A stretch of 58,872 bases of DNA, filler included, from Basidiobolus ranarum (Eukaryota), in the NCBI GenBank assembly GCA_040143965.1. It is 6 parts of 6 records of this genome, joined end to end, with 100 filler letters (N's around TTAATTAATTAA, not from the genome) between each part and the next. Parts side by side here need not be neighbours in the genome. Positions count along the whole stretch, not along the records: positions 9,850 to 19,593 come from JASJQH010000787.1; positions 19,694 to 29,427 come from JASJQH010000788.1; 4 more parts are not named here. One strand, written 5' to 3'. Position 1 is the stretch's first letter; every line of letters begins with the position of its first letter. The notes under the pieces are model-generated. The model saw nothing but the letters and a program-made list of their open reading frames with translations. It was not told the origin of the DNA and did not search any database. Of this stretch, positions 11,718 through 24,847 are shown one piece after another. The translations under genes were made by a program, and so were the position numbers.

Positions 11718-13220
11718 CTATTTCTTAACTTCTTTTTCAGCATCTTTGGTCTTATCCTGAATAACGTCTTCACTGTCAGATTTTACCTCCTCGGTAAGAT
11801 TCTGAATCTCTGACAATTTCTTCTTTAGCAATTCTTTTCCTTCTTTGATCGAATCCTCTCCAACTCCTTCATCCGCAATCTTTTTCATTTCAGTATAAGT
11901 ATCAGAAATGATTTTAGATGCCTCCGGTCCCCTCTTTTCAGCTAGAGTCTTCATCTCCTTTACTCCCGAATCAACTATTTTTTTCAGCTCAGGGGCTTTC
12001 TGAAGCACGGGATCAGCTAATTCTTGGGCCTTATTCCACGCTTGCTCTCCTACCTTTCCTTTAAGATCTTTTAGCTCCGACAATTTGTCTTCAACGAGAG
12101 TTTTAGCCTCCTTAATAGTGTCTTCATTAATTCCCTTTTCGGAGATTTTCTTTAATTGAGACATAAGATCTTCAGTCATATCTTTTACTTGTGGTCCGTG
12201 CTCTTTGGCAGCCTCTGAAAACACATCAGTTGCTTGTTCGATCTTCTTCTTCACATCTGGCATTTTATCAAGGAATGACCCAGCTAGTAGACTACCCTTA
12301 TCCCAGGCTATGTCGCCGGCCTTACCAACGAGTTTTTTGACATCCTCCATATTGTCCTTGATTAGTTTGGTGATTTCGCTGACAGTATTTTCATTCATGC
12401 CTTCATCAAGGGTCTTCTTAATTTGGGAATATGTTTTGGAAACAATTTTTTGTACATCTTCACCGCCCTTTCCACTTAGTGATTTCAACTCCTCGAGATT
12501 TCCTCCGACGGCATCCTTTACCTGAGGGAAAGCATTCAAGAACTCGTCACTAACATCTCCAGCTATATCTTTGACTAATTCCTGAAGTCGAGTAGTTTTA
12601 TGTTTGATAAGTTCGGTGACCTTCCTAGTAGACTCTTCATCCCATCCGTTTGCGGTGATTTTAGAGACTTCTTGGGTCGTTTCATCCAAAAGTTTCTTGA
12701 TTTCTGGACCATGATTATCTTCCAACTTTTGAAGTTGATCCAATAGAGTTTGCGCACCTGGTATGGAGATCAGAAGGGGAGTAGATAAATTTTTAACTGT
12801 ATTCACAATCACTCCTGGTGGTGGTGTTTTGGCCTCAATATTTTGAATGGTCTGAATAGCTGATTGAGCTTTGCCTATGACATCTTTGGCACCGGAAAAG
12901 TGATACCATCCATAGCCTGTAAATATCAAATATTAGACGAAGTTACACAAGGAAGGTTACCCTTTTTGCCATTCTTACCTCCGATTACGACGGCACTTCC
13001 ACCGGCAAGACCAGCGAGAATATGGCTTACATTGTTTGCAGTTGGGGGAGTAGTTTGCTTGATTTGACCCGATGATATGTTAGTACTTTTTAGGGAATAA
13101 CTCTGTTCAGTTATTCAAACTTACCGAAACGAAACGTCTTGCACTTGTTGTAGACATATAGCCTGTTATAGGGAAGGAGGCCTTGGTCAAAGAACGAGTC
13201 ATAGAAACTGAACGGTACAT
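11718..13220 (-). CDS. Apolipoprotein/LEA-like helical repeat protein with probable mitochondrial presequence and one hydrophobic segment; exons 13125-13220, 12979-13057, 11718-12916
   Basis: MYRSVSMTRSLTKASFPITGYMSTTSARRFVS|QTTPPTANNVSHILAGLAGGSAVVIG|GYGWYHFSGAK; four ~85-aa repeats (HGPEIKK/GGEDVQK/HGPQVKD/RGPEASK). Confidence 0.75.
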
Positions 13221-14299
13221 TTTTATGAGGTGGTGCAATATGAAAGTGTACAAAGTATGTGCAGTGAAAGTTTGTATGAAGAATATTTCTGTCAAACTGG
13301 CTTATATATCAGTAGAAGTGTGGATGATGTGACTTATAACGCTTGGATTAAATGAAGCCAAAATTCAAAGTTATGTCATTTCCTGACCTTAAATTGTGAC
13401 GTTATTATCACACCGATAGTGTAATATTTGCTAAATCAGTTACCGATCAGAATTAAAGTGATACAAAATTATCCCATATATGAAAAGCAGTTACGTATCA
13501 TGAACGAAAGTGGTCACAACCTGTTCAATTAGTGAAATGAAAAGTTGCTAAATTATCATCAATCTACAAGGTATTACCATAGATATCATTATATTTATGC
13601 AAATTGTTATATACTATATAATAAATATTTATGGTCAAGTTAATACATTGAGTAAATGCAGAGATATTGTCATTTAAAAAATGCATGCATAAAAAAAAGT
13701 GAATCAGTTACGAGTGCTAGTGTATATATGACAAAAGTGTTTTCTAAGATATATCATTTAATTTGATTGATGAACATATATCGACTTATACCATGTTATG
13801 TTGTATATCCACCAACCAAGCATAGAAGCAATCCACACTTCTCAACATTTTGATTGTGTAGCACCTCAGGTCCAGTGGTATAAGTACAATGCAAGCATAA
13901 TTCTTTGAAAATTCAAAATCATTCCGTTTTCTTTTGAACTGAATGGGCTGGTTTTGGATATATATAATAATATGAACACCTGGCCAAGTTGATCGATTTG
14001 AGGCAGTAGTTTGGAATATTTTAAATATATTTGCCAGCAGAGTGAGTGTAGTTTTTTTAGCTGTTTCATGATGCTGAGAGCGACGCGATCCAAGCAGAGA
14101 GTTGAGCACCCCAAGCTTGATATAGTTTGACTATGATCTTGAATGATCCCATGGTTATCATTATGGTCAATTGTATGGGAAGCTTTATTATATATCAAGA
14201 ATATTGGAAGCTAAAGAGTTATGGAGCATTCGCTTTTATTTTAATTGTGAGGAATTGCTATTCCTGAAATCAATCTTCGATCATGGCTTAATTATGCTT

Positions 14300-14620
14300 A
14301 TTAACGAGAACGGATATGATTTTTTTGGTCACGTCTGCCATTTAAGCCTCTCTCATATTCATCTTCTTGCTCGTCCTCCTCATACTGACGACCATAACGA
14401 GAGCGAATATCATTTTATTAGCCACGTCTGCCGCTCAATCCTCTCTTGTATTGATTTTCACGTTCTTCTCTATCCTGCTGACCTCTAGGACCCGACAGAG
14501 GGAGATTGTTCTGTTTATGGCTTCCGGATTGATGATTATGAACCATATGAGAGATATGAAGCGCTCAGTAGTAGTGAAAGTAGTCGAATACAACAATACT
14601 AAGGTTTATTTGAGCATTTA
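14300..14620 (-). pseudogene. Degenerate repeat-protein gene with two 93-nt repeats
   Basis: ERENQYKRGLSGRRG**NDIRSR and EQEDEYERGLNGRRDQKNHIRSR; repeat copies start at 14303 and 14396. Confidence 0.35.
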
Positions 14621-14913
14621 TATAACAAAAAGGTGGCTTATAAAGTGGTAAACTCCAAAGACAAGTCACCTTGCTTAGAATCAAAATAGGACAATTTATA
14701 ACGTACTCATAGGATTAGTAGATTACCAAATTCGCAATATCTTAATTTAATTCATTATTCAGATGGTCAGCTAGTTGATTTTGAGGGTAGAGATTATCAA
14801 AGTGCCAAATTCTTGGAATTTGATTGCTGGAAGACAACCGATAATCTTATGCTACTAAGCCACCCTACATATTAGGGGTTGCATCAAGGAACAATCTAAA
14901 CCATATTTATTAA

Positions 14914-16429
14914 CAAGTACTTTTCGGACAAACCAGTCACAAAAAAACAATTTTGACTATAATAAATACATGTCAATAGGCTATCTTAAGCAAAATATGA
15001 TGATTTGATATCTCCTCTACATTCTCACCAACTTTTGAAAAGAAAAAAGGGTAATTGCCTCATAAGAATTTCCTCATGAAGTTCGTCGGTTTTAGGAAAA
15101 AATCAATAAACAAAAAAGTTGCGACAAAGTGAAGTTTGACTGAAAGTGGGTAGGTTACACCTCTATAAATGATTAGAGGTGCATTTTTTTATTCATTTCT
15201 TTCAAGAAGTGTTTCTGATAGCAATTTTTGCATATCTTTTTGATACTCGAGGAGCGGGTTAGTCGTTGACATGCTTCTCGGGCACATCGGTTCTGCTTAA
15301 GTACCTTCATAGTGACACTCAAAATCCTTTACTTTTAAAAGTAAAGAGTGAGCCAGCTTGCATTTGAAATCGGAATGGAGAATCACTTCCGCATCATTCC
15401 CCCAGATCTTATAGAAACTAAAAGCATTAGCTTCTGCGATACCAAACACAAACGACAAAAAGCGAACTTCCCAACGATAAGTACTCATGACATCATGAAA
15501 TAATATCATATTATCACTGCGGTTGTTGTTGACATCTACGCTACCTATGAAGGGGAAACAAATAGATATCAGTTGTTGGTAGCCATAAGGCCTTCTTATC
15601 GACATAAACCATTACGGTCATAGTCATAAGAAGAGTCATCCATGTCATGTACTCTAAAAAGGTGACGTTAGTCCAATTAGCAACTACAGTAGACACATGG
15701 GCATTGATGTTAGGAATAACGACATATAATTCATAGGTAGAAAGAACAAGAAATAGTCGGCGGGAGAAGCAGTTGCCTTGTTTGAGAGGTTGAACTCTTC
15801 AGTAAGATGAGCCGATATTATGGCCGTCAATGGTGATAACCTCCATTTTCCAATCATTACTGACGGCAGGGGTTGCAGTATCAACAACCTCTTCTTCTTC
15901 GCTGCTGCTGTCACTGCTGCTGTCAGCTTCTTCTTAGGAATAATCCAATGCGCTAGCGGTTGGAACGGGTTCTTGTCTTGTGGGACTTTTTGGACCCTCA
16001 TACCTAATAGTAGTCCCTGAAAAAGTAAAACTGAGGAAGGTCGTCAAATCCAATCTGCCACATATCCTTCCCATTGACACCAGTAAGGGAACCAATAACG
16101 ACACCTTTGAGCCGAAGTCCTGGAGCGGAGAAGTCAAATTTCTCTCTTAAAAGTCTAGGGACTTCCGTTTTGGTCAAATATTGGTTGGAAATAGAGATGC
16201 GTGCATCAACGGCGAGCTTGGAACTAGTTTTTGGTATTTTAATTTTAGTGATGTCTTCAAATGAAATGTGATTTATCATAGTAAATTAAACGAGAATTCA
16301 AAATAAAAAGATTTGAAAAAACTGTTTGGTATCATTCTTAAAGGTTTGCTGAATCCACACATTAACACAGTTCATGATTTATTGAGTGTAATAAAACCGG
16401 CTCTATGCGGCTGGTTCGAAAAGTACCTG
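14914..16429 (-). mobile_element. piggyBac-family DNA transposon, internally deleted and non-autonomous
   Basis: TTAA at 14910-14913 and 16430-16433; 13-bp TIR CAAGTACTTTTCG / CAGGTACTTTTCG; transposase remnant SVDVNNNRS...YRWEVRFLSFVFGIAEANAF. Confidence 0.88.
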
Positions 16430-16479
16430 TTAACAAAAGTGTGTATCACCTAGGAAATTGATCATCATATGTAACGTTC

Positions 16480-16660
16480 TGCTTTCCTTTCGCCCAGGAC
16501 CTAAGATCAACTCCGCAATCATGGGTGGATGGTGTTAACACTAGTACGGCCAATCCTCATGTTTCTGGGGTTGCGGTATTACCTCTAACTGAATTCCACT
16601 TCACAGCAGCTAAAGATACTTTGAAAGGTGTTTCACCAAATCTTATGTTATATAGTAGCA
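16480..16660 (+). pseudogene. C-terminal fragment of a subtilisin (S8) serine protease
   Basis: FAPGPKINSA...GG, NTSTANPHVSGVAVL (compare GTSMATPHVAG), KDTLKGVSPNLMLY. Confidence 0.65.
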
Positions 16661-16817
16661 GTGTGCAAATTCACCTCCATAAATGTAAAGAGGTGGAGTT
16701 TCTAAAAATACAAATACGATCAAGTATACTATCAACAGTATCATATGTGTATTCTTTATCCTGATTGAGTGAACTTGATAGACAAAGAATATGTGTAACC
16801 GGTAATTTGTTGCAGCA

Positions 16818-16869
16818 TGAAGCATATCCCTGAAGCATATCCCTGAAGCATATCCCTGAAGCATATCCC
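16818..16869. repeat. 13-bp tandem repeat TGAAGCATATCCC x4
   Basis: Read directly from the sequence. Confidence 0.95.
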
Positions 16870-17721
16870 ATCGACTATAAGTTACATCAAATCGTTTTTG
16901 AAGTCATGGATTGACTCTTTCTGTTGGTTACTATAATATAAATATAAGAAAAGTATTCATTTGATATTTAGGTGACATTCGGTGCACGATTGGATAAAGA
17001 TTGAGAGTTACATGTCTGTTAAAGAACATTGAAGCACATCCATTTACTATTCTAAATATTCACTAACTTTCATAGAGCCAGTTTGTTGGTCATCACTTTG
17101 CGAGAATGTTCGTACTCCTATTTACTCTTTATTTGGGTAAATGAGTCTATTTATAGATTAATGATCAACTCTTAGTGGTTGCTTGGTATTAGCTTCCTCT
17201 TACCGCCACCCTACTTGCTTTAAATGTTAGTTATCTAGAATGGTTATGGTAATCAAGCTTATCCTCTACAAATAGGAGGGAGAGAAATAGCCATAATTCA
17301 TTTTAATCCAGAAGCCATCAACCTTTGAATTGGACTGTTGTGCGACTTTCCTTTCGAATCTCCCTTTTAACCCTCGTTGTCGTTTCTTTCATTTAAGCCT
17401 GAATTTATGTGTGTACGGCGAGCTAATTCCGCCATTGGAGGAAGAAGAAATAATCTGACGCTTTGATGGTCTGATGCTCTGATGGTCCGATCCACGGATG
17501 GTCAAAAAAATTGGAATGAACATGACGAGGCAGTGCCATTACGTCATGTCTGTTTATGGTCAATTATATTTTGTAGCATTCACGATGAACGCCTCTTCCG
17601 TTAAAGATCTGTCACGTGAATTAGTTTCTATGTGCTTACGTAAGTATGTCTGATAATATATATATGTTTCCGTCTTCTCCCCAAAATTACGCAATTTCTC
17701 TTCCTTTCCTCATCATCTACC

Positions 17722-18561
17722 ATGGCTACACCATCCAAGCCCTCCGAAGCTATGATCTTCTATGACATTGCTATGCGCCCGCCAATTGCTTCTACCTGCG
17801 CCTCACCGAACCCCTGGAAGGCCAGATTTGCGCTTAACTTCAAAAACATTGATTATTCTACCACATGGGTTCCTCTCCCCGATATTGCCCAAGTTCGTCG
17901 CACTCTCGGTTTGGATGCCTGTCGCAAGTTTGGCGATGGCACGGACTTCTATACACTCCCCATTCTGGTTGATAACAATACAAACTCCAAAATCGGGGAC
18001 TCCTTCGATATTGCCGCCTATTTGGAAAGCAAATACCCGAACTCGGGCTCAGGCAATTTGTTTCCCCCTCAAAAACTCGATTTCGTCTACGATGAATATC
18101 CTGCACTACTTGTGCCACTATCAGAGCAGAAACAGAGTGAACATGAAGAGTACGCCCTGTTCAATACATACGTCGATGCGGCATTCACCGTTCATGTTCC
18201 TCTTATGGGATATAACCTCCCCTTTGATCCAGCCACCGCGGAGGCTAGCAAGGCCATATTCATGCAGCGCGCTGGCCTAAAATCTTGGGACGATTTCGAG
18301 GTTAAAGGAGAAATGCGAGAGCAGATGAAAGACTCTTTCCGTGTCATGCTAGGTAACCTTGGTAAGCTATTTTTGAGGGACACCAGTGGACCTTTCTTAT
18401 TGGGTCAGCAGGCCAGTCATGCCGATTTCATCGTTGGCGGGTGGCTACGCATGGCGTGTGTCACTCTCCCAGAAAATGAGTGGGAGGAGGTGAGGGGCTG
18501 GCATGGAGGTATCTTCGGACGTTTATATGATGGTCTTCAGAAATATATGGAAGTTAAATAG
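17722..18561 (+). CDS. Glutathione S-transferase-like protein (GST_N_3; fungal etherase-like/UstS-like class); intronless
   Basis: FYDIAMRPP, SPNPWKARFALNFK, YTLPIL, GDSFDIAAYLE, GPFLLGQQASHADFIVGGWL. Confidence 0.85.
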   Translation: MATPSKPSEAMIFYDIAMRPPIASTCASPNPWKARFALNFKNIDYSTTWVPLPDIAQVRRTLGLDACRKFGDGTDFYTLPILVDNNTNSKIGDSFDIAAYLESKYPNSGSGNLFPPQKLDFVYDEYPALLVPLSEQKQSEHEEYALFNTYVDAAFTVHVPLMGYNLPFDPATAEASKAIFMQRAGLKSWDDFEVKGEMREQMKDSFRVMLGNLGKLFLRDTSGPFLLGQQASHADFIVGGWLRMACVTLPENEWEEVRGWHGGIFGRLYDGLQKYMEVK

Positions 18562-20013
18562 AAGGGTGTACCAGAGTCCCTGGAGTCATCCAGGGCTTAA
18601 AGTAGCACCATGATTAACAGGTCTGTTGAATTTAAAGCAATCATTTTCAACACTATCGAAATCTTCTCTATGCTAAAGAATCTTATCGTTGTGTTTCTGC
18701 AACCAACTCCATACTTTATGAGTATAAACAGTATTAATTGATAGTAGGATAAATGCAGAGCGAAATAAAAGCATTCACTGATTCAAGTTATCAAATATCA
18801 GGGTTAGGGGGGCATGATAAGCACCAGAAGGTGTAATATTTATTTATCAAGTTAAACAAAGTCAATAAATAAATAAGTCAGGTTAGAATATAATATTCAA
18901 AGATAGGGATAGGAGAATGATAAACACCACAGGGTGTAATATTAACTTATTAACTAGATAAACTACTATTAAACAAATAAGCCAATGTAGCATAATATGC
19001 TAACAATAAAATTAAATGAAGTTAAAATATAAAGAAAATAATGCAGTATAGAAATACTGAGGTTAGTTGAAACCTTAGAGTTTGCTATTTCCCATAGATG
19101 TTGAATGTCAAAGTCTAGTGAAGTATGAAGTTCAACTGCTTGCTCACTGTAGTAATTTCTTAGAAAATTTGTGACTTCAAGAGAGGGATAGTTTTTTAGC
19201 AGACTGGTGAATCTTGCTAAGAGTTTCTTTTCCAAAGAGAAAGGTGCAAAAAGAGGGCTATCAATATGTTGTCTGAAATTATTGTTGTGTCTAAGAGAAA
19301 AGTGGATAAAAAGTCTTGAACTTTACTGAACCAAAGAAACAGTTAAGTGCAGAATTATGGAACTGTTTAAGCAGGATATATAAGCAGAGCAGATCTAACT
19401 AATATATGTCTTGGGAATAGCAGTGGGTTGCTATGTTATGGTGGAGAGTAGGTTTGCTAGGCAGCTAGGCTTGGAGTTCTGTAGAGGCTAGTAGATACTA
19501 GGGGGATGAAAAGCACAAGATGGTGTGGACTTTATTTAGCTTAAATACTAATCTAAACAAAGTGACAATCAAGACATCAATCTTTTAAGATATNNNNNNN
19601 NNNNNNNNNNNNNNNNNNNNNNNNNNNNNNNNNNNNNTTAATTAATTAANNNNNNNNNNNNNNNNNNNNNNNNNNNNNNNNNNNNNNNNNNNNTCATTGT
19701 TCTCCTACCCCCCTCCCCCTCAGAACCCGGAAAAAATCCAGATCCAATAATAAACTTTTGATACAGCACAGGCTGCCGGTCATCTCTCCCACTACATGAA
19801 AATAGCATGTGGATCAATAATTCACGAACTACCCGAAAGATGCAAATTTAATCTTCGACATTATTTCCCTGAATACTCACTTAGTTTAGTCACATGATTG
19901 ATGGCTCATTCATTGGTTCGAATTTGTTTTTGTTTTCGTATTATTCATTCACTACACTACTGAATCAACAAAATAGATGCATCCTCATAGAATATGCATT
20001 TATCTTAGAAAAT

Positions 20014-21232
20014 ATGTCGATGGCAGGTGAGTGTAAGAAACTGCAATTAAGATACAGTTAACGTTCCTGATATTTTATATGGTTCATTAGGATATGGAAG
20101 TTATACTAGTACTTACGGAGGTGGATTCACAACGCACTCTACCGAGAATACCGGATTTAGTTCTCCTGGTATAACCGATTCACCAAGCAGCAAGGTAGCT
20201 TTTTCACTCAACTGTTTTTCTTGGTTATTTTTCTATTTTCTCATACTTGTGCCTTTCCTTTAGAGAGAATCTAGCAATAACCAGACCCTGAGCCCAGTAA
20301 CAATCAAGCAACTTCTTGGTGCCGATCAAGCAACCCCAGACGCCCCTTTTAAAATAGATAATGTGGAGATAACACAGGTATTATTGTTTCTAGTCACTTC
20401 TTAATCAGGTGAACTATACTAAATATACCGTAATAAAGGTCACTTTTGTGGGAGTAATCCGATCTGTTTCCGAACAATCTACAAATGTATCATTTGTAGT
20501 TGAAGATGGTACTGGTTCAGTAGACATCCGTATGTTTATCAATGATGATTCAGACTTTCAAGCTCAAAAACGTGGCGAATTAGTGTATGATACCTTTAAT
20601 TATATCTCATATTGAAAAATGCTAAATTAGCATACTATACCAGCCAAGGAATCTATGTACGCGTCATCGGAACGATCCGAGTTTTTTCAAACAAGAGATA
20701 TGTCCTCGCCTTTCTACTTCGCCCTATTACTGACTTTAACGAAGTTACGGCCCATTCATTGGAAACACTCTTTTGTCATTTATCTCGTGTAAAAAGTAAC
20801 CCAGTATGTATCGACTTTTACCTTTTGGAAGATTTAGTTCGCATTCTGATTCCCTCTTAGAGCATAGATTATAATTCTGGATTTCGCAACTCTGAAGGCA
20901 ACCCATTTACTGCAAATAACCCATATGCTCATAATCCCTCAAATAACTACAACAATGAATTCTCGCCATTACAACGTACCATTATCGATGCTGTAAAATC
21001 CGCCCCAGACACGAACGAAGGAGTACATATTGGTAGCATCGCCCAAGCTTTGACTGGTCGCTTTCCTAGAGAAGAGATAAGGTACACTATGATAATTATA
21101 CAACCCTAGTTACCAATAGAATATACTCATGGTTTATTGATATATAGCAACGCAGTTGAATGGTTAATTGGAGAGGGACATTTGTATTCAACCGTTGATG
21201 ATGACCATGTTAAATGTACAGATGCCGATTAG
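20014..21232 (+). CDS. RFA2: Replication protein A 32-kDa subunit, multi-exon
   Basis: TLSPVTIKQL, VTFVGVIRSV, VEDGTGSVD, YVRVIGTIRVF, PITDFNEVTAHSLE, C-terminal winged helix EGVHI...GEGHLYSTVDDDHVKCTD. Confidence 0.92.
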
Positions 21233-22470
21233 TATCATACTCGGCGTAAAAGTACTCAAATATCTGTAGAATAACTTCTGATCACTACTTCCCGTTTGAA
21301 CATTTCAACTAAACATATTAAATGGATTATTGTGACAGTTTATATTTCAAAATATCTAAGTAGTGCTGCAAAAGAACAGCATAAATATCATGTTTTTCTT
21401 GATAAATAGAATTTATTTGGAATAAAATACTCACATCTTTAGCAACTTACGGATGCAGGTAAATCAGTTCACTCGTGAGAAATCAACTCCAATTTAGTAA
21501 CAAACGTTGTCTTGAGTAACCAGTCCCAAGGACAACGCTCTGCTCGGATAAAGTGTTCATTAGTTGGTGTAAATTGTAATAAACACTGGCTTCGATGGAA
21601 TAGTTGAGAATTCTACGCAATAGAAATAATTACAACATATGTATGACAAGTGACCATAGAATCTATCGTAGTAAGGACGGGGAAGCCACGAAGTGTGACT
21701 TGCAAATGGTGCGTTTCGTTGGTCATACAGCTTGCCTCAGACTAGTGTTACAGAAATTTGAAACGCCTAGAGAAGAAAACATGTTAGGATTATGTTCGCA
21801 TTAGTTTATCCTATACAGAGCTAAACAGTGCGAAAGAAGGGTGGAGTCAGTATATGAGGATAGTATAGAACAAGCACATGAACCATTGATTTCATTGAAT
21901 CTGGAATTTAGCAGTCTACATGACCTGGAATGGAACTGAATTTGGTTGATCCAGATTTCCACCGTTTCAGATTGGCCTATGTTATACATTGGTCGGATAT
22001 GCAATTAATGTTGATTTCCTTGTACTCCACAATGGCTGCTTATAATATGTATATGCATGAGAAAATAAAGCACCTTTCCTTATTATACACCTTCTATTAC
22101 GGCTTTTTGAATCATTTCTATTATACTAAGACCCTTGAAAGTTCCTAGAGAAGGTGCTCATGTTTGCATATCATAGGCAACCAAAGGAGCTTCACCGCCG
22201 TAAGACTATCACTTAGCTTATTACCTTCCTTGATAGAAGTCCATTGTGATACCCTCAAATTTTAGACCGTAAATTATTATTTTCTAATAGATTAAACATA
22301 GAAATACAACCCACTTTTGCTTCCTGTATAGCAGAACCTGGTCTCGAAGGCATTTGGTATTCGTAAAAGGGGCAGCAACCAGAAATTAATAGTGACTAGC
22401 GGCGATGGCGAATCTTTTCAAAAGTTTTTGATAATATACTTAGACTTTCGAATAGAGGAAGTAACCCAAC

Positions 22471-24847
22471 ATGACCCATATACAGAGGAACTTTTTATCA
22501 TTATCACCATTTGACAACAAAGTAAATAATTTGAAATATGAGGCGTTTCGCTCTCCTCTCAGTCCGATTTCAGCAACGTTTGAATTTTTGAAAGTACAAC
22601 TAGAAGATGAACAAGAAATCATCAAGAATTCAACTCTAACGAAAGCCCAGATAATACACAAATTGACAAGCATTCTAAGGAGAGCTGCATCCAACGGAGA
22701 CTCACTTAAACTATCTAGGCTACTAAAAGTAGCTCGTGACTACATTGACATTGATGGACCAGATGAAGATGGAACAACTGCTTTGATATATGCTTCTTGT
22801 TTTGGCTATGTGGGCGTTGTTCAGATTCTTTTACAGAATGGAGCGAACCCTAACGTGCCAGATAAATGTAAGTCCTTTAAGTATATTTCCAATTATTCCG
22901 TATTAGCGAGAAACTAATAACAACATATAAAATTAAGTCGGATGGTCACCTTTGATGTGGGCCACCAACGGTCATCAGGACGTTGTAGTAGCCACCTTAT
23001 TAAAATATGGTGCTTCCATGAAATCCAAGTCATTCAAGGGCCGAACAGTAATGGATTTTGCAAATCACTCTCTGGTTAATGAAAATGTTCAATATCAACG
23101 AATCATGGAAGTCCTTACTGATTCCAAGGACGGCGCGAGCACGTTCATTAGTAATTGCGAAAGTGGTTACTACACCTCAACACCAGCAGACGTAGAGAGT
23201 GTAGTGTCTCATAGTGATGTACTAAAGAAAATGGCAATGAATCAAATGAGAAAAAGTAGTGCCAATTCGATGAATTTCCGGTTCAGTTATTACGGGGTAA
23301 GTTCTATACACGCTCTATGTTAAAGCAGTATATGATGATCAATACGTTTACTGAAGCTCACATTGCTTTTGAATAGGATTTTGAAGATAGCATATACGAT
23401 TTCTCATGGGAGACTATCCAGCCTCACCAGATGTTTGTGTTTACTTACGGTGCTCTTGATATCCTACTTGACAAAGTGATAACTGAGATACAGCCTCAAC
23501 ACTCTGGAAAGCACAAATTTCTTCCCGCCAATATCCTGTTCCTGGCTGCACGGTATGTCATCTTTCTGTCTGATATGGAACTTCTCGAGAGTCTTATGAG
23601 TCAGTCATTTCAGCGAATACTTGATGTTATTAAGGTACCAGACGATTTATGCTTGTTGTCTCAGCTTTCCAATTGGACTTAGAAATTCTATCTATTTCAT
23701 CTAGAGAGATTCTGAGGATGTGTCATCCTTGGCTTTTTGGCTTTCTAATTGCACTCTGCTATTGTACTATTTGAAAAAGGATTCTAGCTTTGTCACCACT
23801 GTCGTAGAGCATCAATTAACCCTATCAGAAATGGTTCATGAGATCTATCAGATGTTTGTTCAACAAATATGCCAACGTATTGATCAAGTGTTAGAACCAG
23901 CAATGCTAATTCATGACGCCCTCCCAGGCATGGACGATATAAAGTTTGTAGCAGAGCGTCGGAATTTTTTATTTCCTGGCAAGAAAGCCTTCACTCCACC
24001 ACCTTCTTCACGTACCAACCAATACTCTGCACGACGAAGAACACGAATGTCTAATCGCCCAGGAGTCAGTACCAATACTGCACCTACGCCTAAAGCTATA
24101 TGCTGTATCTTGTCCTCTACTCTCATTATTCTCCACTCGTATGAAGTTCATCCAACCATCATTCACAATACATTAAATCAGCTGTTCTATTACATATCTG
24201 CCGAAACGTTTAACCTGGTGTTAACAACAAAAGAGTATTGCTGTCGTATTAAAGCCATGCAGATTCGTATGAATCTCTCGGTGATTGAAGATTGGGTTCA
24301 TGCAAATCGGTTACCGCACATCCTGAATCAACATTTCAACTCTTTGATTCAGATGTTACAATTCCTGCAATGCCTTTCTCAACTTTCTGACTTGATGGAG
24401 TTGATCACTACGACAAATGATCTACATTCACTAAATCATCTTCAGCTTTATCGTACGACTATAAACTATAGATATGAAGTAGGAGAGCGGCAACTTTCTG
24501 AAGAAATAACTCAATATTTGGAGCAAGTAGCTAAAGATACTTGCAGTGTGAAAAGCCGAGCTCTCAATGAGTTGGACGAACTGGGTAAACGAAGACTCAA
24601 TGTTCGTGAGGAAAATGTAGATACCATGTCTACCCACAGTGAAACTGGAAAATTCAATGCGAACAGTAACATAGAAGAACTAGAAGAATTAATGGATACT
24701 GCACACTCCCTGCCTTTCGCTATCCCAACCAATAACGAGATGCTAAGCGGGTGGGGAAGAAGCGGAAGAGAATATACGCCTTACTTACCGGATAGTTTTT
24801 TAGAAGAATTCGATAGAAGAATGAAGCCACCAAAAGCCGATAGCTAG
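22471..24847 (+). CDS. Ankyrin-repeat plus DIL (dilute) domain protein; introns ~22868-22937, 23297-23376, 23635-23704
   Basis: DEDGTTALIYASCFG, GWSPLMWAT, FSWETIQPHQMFVF, PANILFLAARY, LAFWLSNCTLLLYYLKKD, KAMQIRMNLSVIEDW. Confidence 0.88.

Noticed and set aside
16818-16869. Direct repeats as a possible CRISPR array
   Set aside because: Head-to-tail 13-mers with no spacers in a eukaryotic genome; a simple minisatellite
17762-18280. 172-aa overlapping +1-frame ORF within the GST gene
   Set aside because: No motifs; expected by chance in a GC-richer gene
18795-19590. ~70-bp imperfect direct repeat and an 88-aa minus-strand ORF
   Set aside because: Probably transposon debris at a contig end; no TIR, TSD or domain could be supported
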